Below are positions 19,808-28,479 of a stretch of DNA of 64,000 nucleotides, piece after piece. Within the stretch, counting starts at the first letter, position 1, and every line of letters begins with the position of its first letter. A program made the translations under genes and the position numbers. Under the pieces are notes generated by a model, which was given only the letters and a program-made list of their open reading frames with translations, made no database searches and had not been told where the DNA came from. This DNA comes from Candidatus Zhuqueibacterota bacterium (GTDB lineage: Bacteria > Zhuqueibacterota > Zhuqueibacteria > Residuimicrobiales > Oceaniaggregativiventaceae), in assembly GCA_016929055.1 (NCBI GenBank), contig JAFGJN010000041.1, positions 10,731 through 74,730 on the forward strand. The letters are read 5' to 3'.

Positions 19808-22800
19808 TCAGAAATTCAGGCGCAAACCGAGCAAAATTCTCTGCGGATTGAGAAAAAGCGGTGCGGTAAACCATCCCACATTGATATGCTCTTTATCCCA
19901 TTCGCCTAATTTGTCGTCGCCTTTTTCATCGCCACTTTCGAATGGAAAATGGAGTGAGTCGATATAGCGATCGTATTGAGCTGTGCTCATGTTGCGAAAA
20001 GAAAGCCGTTTCTGGTCGAGCAGGTTTTGTACGGTACCAATCAACTCCAGCTGCATCCCGGCCAGGTGGAACATTTTAGATACGCGTAAATCGAGATTGG
20101 AATAATCGACCACCTGAATTTTCTTTTGTTGATTTTCGGGTGCAAAGGGATTGATGATCTGTTCGCCGCCGTCGCGCCATTCAAAACAAAAGTTGGCATA
20201 CCAGGCGCTCAGAGGTCGCAAGCCGAGAACACGAATCCCCCAGTTGTCGGGTGTGTGCAGATTAACGTTCAAGTGTCCTCGCGGCAGCGGCTGAGTAATG
20301 GAGATATTGGGATTGCGCATCTCTTCCAGAGACAACAAGCGATTTTCATAGACGCGTGCCAGGCCCGAACGCCCGCTGCTCTGCAGCATATACTCGTAAT
20401 TGCTCCAAAAGGTGACAAATCGGCCAAAACTTTTTTCGAATCGCAATTCGATTCCGCGGATATCCTTGTAGGCGTCAGGAAAATATTGCTGGACGTAGAG
20501 CTCTTCCCAATAATCGACATAGGTTCGGCTGAGCGGTTCGCCTTTGATATCTTTGTAATAGATCGACAGATTGATGAGATAATCCTTGAAAAGGCTATGT
20601 TCATAGCCGAACTCGTAGGCGATTGTGCGAGCCATATCGAGCTGCGGCGATGGAACATTGGCCGCACCCGGCATGACGGCTTGATTGTAGGTAAAGTGAA
20701 TATTGGGACGCTGATAAAAATGGCCATAATTGAAATAGAGCTTGCTGTTGACCGTTACCGGGAAGGAAACACCCAATCGCGGCGACAGGCGGAATTGTAC
20801 CGGTTTTTCTTCACGCGGCCAACCCTCCGGTTCTTCCAATTGTTGGCGAAATTCTGCCCAGCGCTCCCAGGAACCAAATTCTCCGGGCAAGTATTGGTAA
20901 ACCAAATTGTAAAAATTCGCATAATCCAGGTCTAAAGGATGCTGAACCAGGTAGGAATATTTTTGCGGATTGAAATAATCGCCGCGAAGACCAAGGGTGG
21001 CGATCATTCCCTGAAATTCCAGTTTATCCTGAACATAGACGCCACCCTCAATCGGTTTGGCGGTAAAATATTGCCAGCTGTCAGGGGTCCAGCTTTTTTC
21101 AGATTGCAGCCAGCTGCCGGAATTGATTGACAGATAGTTGTATTTAAAGCTGAATCCCGCTTCGATCTGGTGATGTCGACCGGCCTGATAGGTTAGATCG
21201 GCGCGCAGATTCGAAACCCAGGAATAGGATGAATCGGCCGATTGCAGTCCACCATAAAGCCAAAACATGTTGTTGATGTCTGTCAACCAGTTTGTGGATG
21301 CATTGGGTGTACCCACAGTGGGAGCATTCAGGACACGAATCGAGTCGACAAAAGCCCAGGAGCTGCTGAGAGTGGTATCGGCGGCAAACGGAGTGAGTTC
21401 ATGATCATTATAACTGAATTGAAAATCGACCGTATAAAAACCCTTGGCCGAAAAAGCATGGGTGAATTTAAGCCCGCCAATAATATAACGTTGATCGTAG
21501 AATTGAAGCCTGCTTCTGTTGAACATCTGTTCAAACCCATTTGAGCCGCCTAAAAGACGGGCCTGTTGCTGGACAGATACTTCGGTGCTGCTGAGGAAAT
21601 TAAAACGGCTGGAATTGTCGATCAACGCGCCCCCATAAGTCGTCGGGGTTCCGGCGGTGATGGTGTTGACCTGCGCATAAAGCCCGTTGACAGCCAGCTT
21701 CATATCGGGATTGAGGCGAGTGGTCAATTTGAGCTGGGTGTTCCAGTCGACATAATTGTCGCGGGGGCCGAGTGGAAAGGCGTATTGGGTGTCTTCGTAT
21801 TTTCCGCCGAGCAGAAATGTGGTATTTTTTAAATACTCGCCGATGAGCGGTAATCGAGCGCCCGGCATCGGTCCCGTGAGGGTGGCCTCGATAAAGGCAT
21901 CGGGGTTGGTGCCGAACTCGTATTGTGGATGCTGCAGCTGCCACAATTTGCGTTTTTGTTCGGGTGTCAGCGTCACCCCGTCGGGGATACCGATAGCGCT
22001 GTAATTGCTGATACCTTCACGCCGATTGTTCCATCCACGGAAAAAACGAAACTCTTCAGGGACCTCTTCATTTCCTCGGGCACCGATATAGGCATAACCG
22101 GTTTCGGAGGTATCCGCAAAGACGCGATAAATCCACGACTCGTCGCTCCAGGGATTCTGGCCGTAAAATTTTCTCTGATTGGCGGGTGTGATGTCGAATT
22201 TCAGAGCCAGATTGTATCGTTCACGAGTTCCTTCCTTGGTCACCGCATTGACCAGACCCGAACGAAAACCGCCGAATTTGGCTTCAAAACCGCCTGTGAG
22301 CACCTGCAGTTCGGCCACCGAGGTCGAATTGAGCGAGAGATATGAATTTTCTGAACGCGGATCGCGAACCGAGATGCCATCAACGCGCACATCTGTTTCG
22401 CGGATAGCGCCGCCGCGGATACTCAATCCGTGTCCATCGTTGCCCGAAACAAGCTCGACACCTTTGAGTTTGCCGACAAATTCATCGATGCGCAGAACCG
22501 GCGCTGCTTCGACGCGTTCGGTTAAAATGATCTCCTGGGTGCCAGCGATATCTGGTTTGATAATTTCGCGTTCGGCAATGACCGCCACTTCATCCATGGC
22601 GATCGCTTGCATTTGCAGGGGAAAATCCACGGTGATGGTTCGGTCGATATTGACACGAACCTGCTTTTTGATCAGTGCGGTATAGCCCATGAAGGAGGCG
22701 CGAATATCAAACGCACCGGGCGGCACATTGAGGATGACAAAATAACCGTCTGTATCGGTGGCTGCGCCTTGCTTTTGCGATAATTCCACCGGTCGACCGG

Positions 22801-22978
22801 CTTGATAAATACTTTCGATCACCACATTGGCGCCAGGTAAGGATTCACCTGTCTCCTGGTCATAAACTCGTCCGGTCACTTTACCACCGGCAGCATCAAC
22901 CACCGAATTTACAAAGAACAGACAAAGCCCCACCAGCTTCCAGCAGCAAACCAGAGTTCGCCTGCTTGCCTCATTCAT
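19808..22978 (-). CDS. TonB-dependent outer-membrane receptor with N-terminal carboxypeptidase-regulatory-like domain (paralog of 2296-5322)
   Basis: 1056 aa. GKVTGRVYDQETGESLPGANVVIE...TDTDGYFVILNVPPGAFDI (CarbopepD_reg-like), plug region LSIRGGAIRETDVRVDGISV, and a barrel ending ...LGLRLNF. It is collinear with 2296-5322. Confidence 0.8.
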   Translation of the reverse strand: MNEASRRTLVCCWKLVGLCLFFVNSVVDAAGGKVTGRVYDQETGESLPGANVVIESIYQAGRPVELSQKQGAATDTDGYFVILNVPPGAFDIRASFMGYTALIKKQVRVNIDRTITVDFPLQMQAIAMDEVAVIAEREIIKPDIAGTQEIILTERVEAAPVLRIDEFVGKLKGVELVSGNDGHGLSIRGGAIRETDVRVDGISVRDPRSENSYLSLNSTSVAELQVLTGGFEAKFGGFRSGLVNAVTKEGTRERYNLALKFDITPANQRKFYGQNPWSDESWIYRVFADTSETGYAYIGARGNEEVPEEFRFFRGWNNRREGISNYSAIGIPDGVTLTPEQKRKLWQLQHPQYEFGTNPDAFIEATLTGPMPGARLPLIGEYLKNTTFLLGGKYEDTQYAFPLGPRDNYVDWNTQLKLTTRLNPDMKLAVNGLYAQVNTITAGTPTTYGGALIDNSSRFNFLSSTEVSVQQQARLLGGSNGFEQMFNRSRLQFYDQRYIIGGLKFTHAFSAKGFYTVDFQFSYNDHELTPFAADTTLSSSWAFVDSIRVLNAPTVGTPNASTNWLTDINNMFWLYGGLQSADSSYSWVSNLRADLTYQAGRHHQIEAGFSFKYNYLSINSGSWLQSEKSWTPDSWQYFTAKPIEGGVYVQDKLEFQGMIATLGLRGDYFNPQKYSYLVQHPLDLDYANFYNLVYQYLPGEFGSWERWAEFRQQLEEPEGWPREEKPVQFRLSPRLGVSFPVTVNSKLYFNYGHFYQRPNIHFTYNQAVMPGAANVPSPQLDMARTIAYEFGYEHSLFKDYLINLSIYYKDIKGEPLSRTYVDYWEELYVQQYFPDAYKDIRGIELRFEKSFGRFVTFWSNYEYMLQSSGRSGLARVYENRLLSLEEMRNPNISITQPLPRGHLNVNLHTPDNWGIRVLGLRPLSAWYANFCFEWRDGGEQIINPFAPENQQKKIQVVDYSNLDLRVSKMFHLAGMQLELIGTVQNLLDQKRLSFRNMSTAQYDRYIDSLHFPFESGDEKGDDKLGEWDKEHINVGWFTAPLFLNPQRILLGLRLNF

Positions 22979-23128
22979 AAGGCCTCCTTAATTGAGATGG
23001 ATAAAAATCGTGGAATTGAGTGGGATAGCGAAAGGAATCGAAAGGATAGTTTTACAGTCTTTTGACACTTGAATATATTAAATCCCGCTTGACCTGTCAA
23101 CTTTTTTTTCCAATCCCCTATCGATAGT

Positions 23129-23176
23129 ATCTGCCTTCACTGGTGTCCGGTAACCGGACACCAGTGATCTGCCTTC
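23129..23176. repeat. Perfect palindromic element flanked by 10-bp direct repeats (operator- or MITE-like)
   Basis: ATCTGCCTTC-ACTGGTGTCCGG-TAA-CCGGACACCAGTG-ATCTGCCTTC: a 13-bp perfect inverted repeat around a 3-nt centre, bounded by identical 10-bp direct repeats. It lies in the divergent intergenic region between the TonB receptor (-) and the ROK kinase (+). Confidence 0.6.
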
Positions 23177-23243
23177 TTTTCTGTTGATTATTTTTTCAGA
23201 TTCCGTATATTCACGAGTTATCCATTCAAAGCAGGGAAAAACT

Positions 23244-24188
23244 ATGGCGATCATCGCATTGGATCTCGGCGGCACCAAACTCTTGGCTGCACTGATAGAC
23301 GAAACAGGAGAAATCCTCCACCGCGATTTTTCTCCTTTGCAAAATCGCAAAGGCGACCAAGTAGCCCAGCTCCTCGACGACCAAATCGACGGGCTGTGCA
23401 GTTTTTCCTCTGAACCGATTCGAGCTCTGGGCATTTGTGTTCCGGGAATTTATCGCGATCGGAGCGGAACCGTCTGGGTCCCCAACATACCGGGATGGAG
23501 CGACTATCCTCTGCGCGCCCATCTTACCGCTCATGTCAGGGATCGAAAGATCGCCGTAAAAATCGACAGCGACCGCGCCTGCTATATTCTCGGCGAGGTT
23601 TGGCGAGGCGCAGCCCGGGGATGTACCGACGCTGTCTTTTTAGCGGTGGGAACCGGCATCGGCGCCGGAATCCTGGCGGATGGACGCATTCTTCGCGGAA
23701 CGGGCGATATCGCCGGTGCTGTCGGCTGGTTTGCTCTGGATCGTCCTTTTCACGAGGAATACAAATCCTGTGGCTGTTTTGAATACGCGGCATCCGGAGA
23801 GGGTCTGGCACGGTATACGCGGGACCTGCTGTCGAACAGCAATCTGCCCAGTCGACTGCGCCAAATGGAGCCCGCTAGCATCGACGCACCCATGATTTTC
23901 GCCGCTGCATCGGAAAAAGATCCGCTCGCAGAACGCGTTCTGGAAAATGCGATCGAGTTGTGGGGAATGTCTGTCGCCAATCTCGTCAGTCTTTTTAATC
24001 CACAAAAAATCATTTTCGGAGGCGGTGTTTTCGGCCCGGCCATCGCGTTTCTCGAAGAGATTCACCGCAGTGCACAGCGATGGGCTCAACCGATCGCCAT
24101 GCAACAGGTCAAACTCGCTGCCTCGTCTCTCGGCGGCGACGCTGGATTGCTTGGAGCCGCAGCTCTGGCGCTCAAAGAATCCACTTGA
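23244..24188 (+). CDS. ROK-family sugar kinase (glucokinase / N-acetylglucosamine kinase-like; no HTH domain)
   Basis: MAIIALDLGGTKLLAALID (ATP-binding glycine loop), FLAVGTGIGAGIL and a CxCGxxGC-like zinc motif (YKSCGCFEYAASGEGL). The upstream in-frame extension lacks an RBS. Confidence 0.75.
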   Translation: MAIIALDLGGTKLLAALIDETGEILHRDFSPLQNRKGDQVAQLLDDQIDGLCSFSSEPIRALGICVPGIYRDRSGTVWVPNIPGWSDYPLRAHLTAHVRDRKIAVKIDSDRACYILGEVWRGAARGCTDAVFLAVGTGIGAGILADGRILRGTGDIAGAVGWFALDRPFHEEYKSCGCFEYAASGEGLARYTRDLLSNSNLPSRLRQMEPASIDAPMIFAAASEKDPLAERVLENAIELWGMSVANLVSLFNPQKIIFGGGVFGPAIAFLEEIHRSAQRWAQPIAMQQVKLAASSLGGDAGLLGAAALALKEST

Positions 24189-24278
24189 CCCATCTTTTAA
24201 CCGTTTTTCATCGTCCATGCGTTGGCCAGTGTTTTCGGCCCTTATACTAATTTGTCATTTGCCAGCGAGGAGCACGAG

Positions 24279-25427
24279 ATGTACGACAAAAAACGCGTCT
24301 TTTTGTCATCCTGCCTGGCAATGCTGATCTTTGGCATTGTCATGACCTTTCTTGGAGCAATTCTGGCTCCGTTGATCGATCACTATCGCTTGAGCGATTC
24401 CCAGGCAGGATTCATCGTCTCCCTCCTGTCGGTGGGCATGCTGTGTGGCTCGCTTTTTTTCGGACCGATCGTCGATCGGCAGGGTTATAAACCCATGCTG
24501 CTGCTCTCTGTAGCTTTGATTTTTCTTTCTCTTTTGGCTGTTTCCTGGATCGATGCTGTCTGGGTTCTCGGATTGGCCATTTTTTCCATCGGTCTTGGAG
24601 GCGGGGTGCTCAATGGCGGTTCAAATGCACTGGTGGCTGATATCAGCTTGGAAGGGAAAAGCTCAAATCTCAGTTTCCTCGGCATCTTTTTTGGGCTGGG
24701 CGCTTTTGGCGTGCCCTTTTTGCGCGGTGTGCTGCCGGCGGATCTGTCTTATCGGATTCCTCTGACCTTTCTCGCCACTCTGACACTGCTGCCCTTAATT
24801 TTTTTTGTATTTATCTCTTTTCCGCAGCCCAAACAGGAGCAGGGATTTCCACTTCGCCAGGGGATCTCGCTCCTGAAAAGCAGTACCCTTATTGTGCTGG
24901 GAATGGTTCTGTTTTTTGAGAGCGGAATCGAATTTACTCTGAACAACTGGGCTCCGCGGTTCCTGATCGATGTGCTCAATTTGCCTGAAAACAAGGCTAC
25001 ACTCTATTTTTCCATTAATTTGTTGGGGATCATGTTTTCCCGCCTCTTTCTCGGCTATTATCTCAAAGGCCGGGATGCTGCGAAAACGCTTTTGATATTT
25101 TTTGTAATCAGTCTTTGCGGTACGGTTTTGCTCCTGTTATCGACACAAGCGGCCTTGACGGTTGTCGGGTTGTTCGTGCTCGGAATCGGGATCGCTTCGG
25201 TCTATCCCATTATTCTCGCTTTCATCGGCGAGCATTTCCCCTCGTTTTCAGGAACAGCCATTGGCATGGCGATGGTCATGGCGTTATGCGGCGGCGCTCT
25301 TTTTCCCTATTTAACCGGTTTGATCTCGGCTCACAGCAACTTGAAAACCAGTTTTCTATTGATACCAGTAGCCATTGTTTTGCAAATCATCCTGTTTGGT
25401 CTCTATCGTGGACATCAGAAAAGGTGA
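24279..25427 (+). CDS. MFS transporter (sugar/amino-sugar permease-like, 12 TM)
   Basis: About 380 aa with hydrophobic periodicity consistent with 12 TM. An MFS-type loop GPIVDRQGYKP lies between TM2 and TM3. Confidence 0.7.
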   Translation: MYDKKRVFLSSCLAMLIFGIVMTFLGAILAPLIDHYRLSDSQAGFIVSLLSVGMLCGSLFFGPIVDRQGYKPMLLLSVALIFLSLLAVSWIDAVWVLGLAIFSIGLGGGVLNGGSNALVADISLEGKSSNLSFLGIFFGLGAFGVPFLRGVLPADLSYRIPLTFLATLTLLPLIFFVFISFPQPKQEQGFPLRQGISLLKSSTLIVLGMVLFFESGIEFTLNNWAPRFLIDVLNLPENKATLYFSINLLGIMFSRLFLGYYLKGRDAAKTLLIFFVISLCGTVLLLLSTQAALTVVGLFVLGIGIASVYPIILAFIGEHFPSFSGTAIGMAMVMALCGGALFPYLTGLISAHSNLKTSFLLIPVAIVLQIILFGLYRGHQKR

Positions 25428-25869
25428 ATCGACTCGACCGTGTGGGCCTGCGATTTTTAGTGTTCGTAATAGAATGCTCCCAGATTCGGAATTAGACGAA
25501 TCCACAACACGCTCAACTTTTCATTCTCCATCATTCCTGTCCAAAATAGATTTTAGTAGCATGACCAGCTAACTGATAAATACAAACTTGGGCCAAACAG
25601 CAAAATAGCGAACCTGATCTGCAGTTCATAAAAACCTCTATTCTTTTTACATCAGATAGTTTGTGTGGTGTCCCCGTTTGGAACACCCGTGATTCTCCAT
25701 TCAGTTGCGGAGATAAATTTTTTCACCCTTTTTGTGGCACGATCAAATGGGTTCACCGGTGTCCGGTCGTTCGATCTGACACTAATGAAATTGGTTTTAA
25801 TGGAGATTCGGTGCTTCGCGCCGAACATAAAAACTGTCCAAAAAATAACCTCAACTCGGAGAAAAAAAC

Positions 25870-26631
25870 ATGCTGGCACTGCAATGGTTGGAAAATTCCC
25901 GCCGCGTCATGGCGCAGATCGAGAAAACGCAGATGGAAAATATACGACAAGCAGCATCGGCCATGGCCGACAGCATCGCAGCAAAGCGCTGGGTTCACAC
26001 GTTTGGTTGTGGGCATGCGACTCTGCCGATCGAAGAGATGTACCCCCGTATCGGCGGCTTTGTCGGTTTTCATCCGATGATCGAACTACCCCTCTCTTTT
26101 TTCACCCATATCGTCGGTGAGATGGGTGTGCACCAGTTCGTATTTCTCGAGAGAGTCGAGGGTTACGGACAACAGATCATGAAAAGTTACAGCTTTGACA
26201 AGCAGGATACGATGTGGCTCTTTTCGCATTCGGGCATCAACAATGTCAACATCGATATCGCACTGGAAGCCAAAAAGATGGGCATGACCGTGGTGGCGAT
26301 GGGATCGGCGGAGGAATTTAAAGACAAACCGACACGACATTCATCAGGCAGACGGATCTTTGAACTAGCGGATATTGTGGTGGACACCTGTGTGCCGGCA
26401 CAGGATGCGAGTGTGGTCTTGAAAAATCATGTCGATCGCATCGGACCGATCTCGACTATGGCGTTTACCACAGCGGTCTGGATGACCATATGCACGGTTG
26501 CCGAGATTCTCATCGATCGGGGCGAGCGGCTCTATATCCATCCCTCTCACAATGTGCCAGGCGATCAGACAGCCCGGGAGAGACTCGATGCAGCGCTTGC
26601 AGAATACAAAAAACGGATTGCCGGAGTTTAG
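25870..26631 (+). CDS. SIS (sugar isomerase) domain protein, UPF0309-like
   Basis: 253 aa with a Rossmann-like core LFSHSGINNVNIDIALEAKKMGMTVVAMGS typical of SIS-domain phosphosugar-binding proteins. AGGAG lies 7 nt upstream of the ATG. Confidence 0.6.
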   Translation: MLALQWLENSRRVMAQIEKTQMENIRQAASAMADSIAAKRWVHTFGCGHATLPIEEMYPRIGGFVGFHPMIELPLSFFTHIVGEMGVHQFVFLERVEGYGQQIMKSYSFDKQDTMWLFSHSGINNVNIDIALEAKKMGMTVVAMGSAEEFKDKPTRHSSGRRIFELADIVVDTCVPAQDASVVLKNHVDRIGPISTMAFTTAVWMTICTVAEILIDRGERLYIHPSHNVPGDQTARERLDAALAEYKKRIAGV

Positions 26632-27773
26632 GCCTTCGCCTGATAGACAATCTCTCCCCGTACCAGCGTGAGATCGACTGAACCCTCGGAATTGAGCAAA
26701 ACCAGGTCGGCTTCCATGCCGACCTGCACCTTTCCCAGGCGATCTTCCATCCCCAGGAGTTGTGCCTGATTGGTGGAGCACACTCGGGAAACCTCTTTTT
26801 GCGATATCCCAACGAAATCGATCAAGTTCCTGCCCATTCTTGCCAGGCTTTGCGTGGAACCGATCAGGGTATCGTCGTCCAGATAACGCGCGACGCCGTT
26901 TTGGGCGCGATAGTCTTTACCGTTATAGCGATAGATCCCATCCGGCAAACCCATGCTGCGCATACCGTCGGTAACGACCAGCAGTCGTTTGAGTCCAAGC
27001 AGGCGATAGACCAGCCGTAGAACGGCTGGATGGATATGATGTCCGTCACAGATAAGCTGTGCCGTGACTCGCTCGTCTTCCAAAGCCGCCACAATCGGCC
27101 CGGGGAAGCGATGATGCAGACCAGGCATGGCGTTAAAGAGGTGAGTGATGTGGCGAACACCCCAATCAAAAGCAGTTTTTGCTTCTTCATAGGTACAGTT
27201 GCTGTGTCCGAGAGCGGGGATAACGGAGCGGCTTTTAAGCTGCTGGACGAGTTGTCGGCAGTCCGGCAATTCCGGCGCCATCGTCATCATGCGCAACGAC
27301 TTACCACAGAGTTCCAGGAGTTCGTCAAGGGCCGTGGGAGTATAGGAATAAATGCTGTTGGTTAGAATGCCTCCCCTCTTTTCCTGACTGATAAAGGGGC
27401 CTTCGAGATGGAGCCCGAGTAGACGTGCACCGCCTAGGTTGCGACTCAAGCAATCTGCGATCAGGCGAATATGGTCATTATTGCCCGGCCGGACCATGGT
27501 GGTTGCCAAAAATGCGGTGGTTCCCAGTTGTGCCAGTGTTCGGGACAGGGTCTCGAGCGCAACAAGATCGCCGTCAAAAACGTCCGCATCGCCAGCACCG
27601 TGGACGTGGATATCGATATATCCTGGAATCAGCATTTTGCCGCTGCCGTCTACTAGTCGATCTCCCGGTTTGGGTTCCAGACGAGTGGCAACAGCAGTTA
27701 TGCTTCCCTGCGCGATCGCGACATCCGCGACACGATCGTGTTCGAGAATATGTGCACCCTGAATGATCAGCAT
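26628..27773 (-). CDS. nagA: N-acetylglucosamine-6-phosphate deacetylase
   Basis: 381 aa with GYIDIHVHG metal-binding motif, HLEGPF, and the GHSNCTYEEA and DGHH segments typical of NagA. Its stop overlaps the convergent SIS gene by 4 nt. Confidence 0.85.
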   Translation of the reverse strand: MLIIQGAHILEHDRVADVAIAQGSITAVATRLEPKPGDRLVDGSGKMLIPGYIDIHVHGAGDADVFDGDLVALETLSRTLAQLGTTAFLATTMVRPGNNDHIRLIADCLSRNLGGARLLGLHLEGPFISQEKRGGILTNSIYSYTPTALDELLELCGKSLRMMTMAPELPDCRQLVQQLKSRSVIPALGHSNCTYEEAKTAFDWGVRHITHLFNAMPGLHHRFPGPIVAALEDERVTAQLICDGHHIHPAVLRLVYRLLGLKRLLVVTDGMRSMGLPDGIYRYNGKDYRAQNGVARYLDDDTLIGSTQSLARMGRNLIDFVGISQKEVSRVCSTNQAQLLGMEDRLGKVQVGMEADLVLLNSEGSVDLTLVRGEIVYQAKA

Positions 27774-27789
27774 CGAAGATATCTCGGGT

Positions 27790-28407
27790 TTAGCTATAAT
27801 TCTTCGCTTTAATAAAAACCATATAGATCGATTGCAAAACTGTCGTTCCCATCATGATCAGATTAAACCACAGCAGATAATAGCTGAAAGCGGGATTGAT
27901 CGGATAGACGCTTATCGCTGCGATATAGGGAACAAGGTATTCGACGCGGTAAGCGATACGCCAGATCACCTTTTCTGTCGGATCGGGCACGGCACCCCGA
28001 TGATTGGCATAAGCGACGATAAAAGGCGGCAAAAGCGTGGTGAATAAAAGAAGAAACAACAACAGACCGATCAGCATCGGATCGCGTTCCAGCGGTAAAA
28101 AGAAAAAGCAGGCGATTAACAAGCTGTCGACAAATCGATCGACGGTTCCGTCCCAAAAGGCTCCCAACGTCGAAGAGCGGTTGGAGAAACGAGCCACCTT
28201 TCCATCGATCAGATCGCACAAGGTGGAAAAAATAAACAGGCTTACACCAACGAAGATGCGACCGGATATGACCAGAGCAAAGGCAAGAACAGCAATGACA
28301 AGGGATACAGTGGTCCAGGTATTAGGTGATAAGAACGAAAATGTGCGTCCGACCCATTTTTCCAGCCGTGGTGTTTCGATAAACTCTTTGATCATTTGTG
28401 CCTCCAC
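27790..28407 (-). CDS. CDP-alcohol phosphatidyltransferase family protein
   Basis: 205-aa membrane protein with the D-x2-D-G-x2-A-R...G...D-x3-D signature (DLIDGKVARFSNRSSTLGAFWDGTVDRFVD). Confidence 0.75.
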   Translation of the reverse strand: MEAQMIKEFIETPRLEKWVGRTFSFLSPNTWTTVSLVIAVLAFALVISGRIFVGVSLFIFSTLCDLIDGKVARFSNRSSTLGAFWDGTVDRFVDSLLIACFFFLPLERDPMLIGLLLFLLLFTTLLPPFIVAYANHRGAVPDPTEKVIWRIAYRVEYLVPYIAAISVYPINPAFSYYLLWFNLIMMGTTVLQSIYMVFIKAKNYS

Positions 28408-28479
28408 AGATACAAGCCAAAGGTATTGTTCGTTTCACCCTTCCGCTCGGGGCGGATAGTCAGCAATAAGGGGTAGGCC

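Noticed and set aside
20126-20935. 269-aa plus-strand ORF opposite the minus-strand TonB receptor gene
   Set aside because: It is embedded antisense in a strongly supported gene and has an arbitrary composition.
25801-25813. Exact 13-mer TGGAGATTCGGTG shared with 63171-63183 as evidence of a repeat family
   Set aside because: Roughly tens of exact 13-14-nt coincidences are expected by chance among all position pairs in a 64-kb window on both strands. It is kept only as weak support inside the hairpin-family finding.
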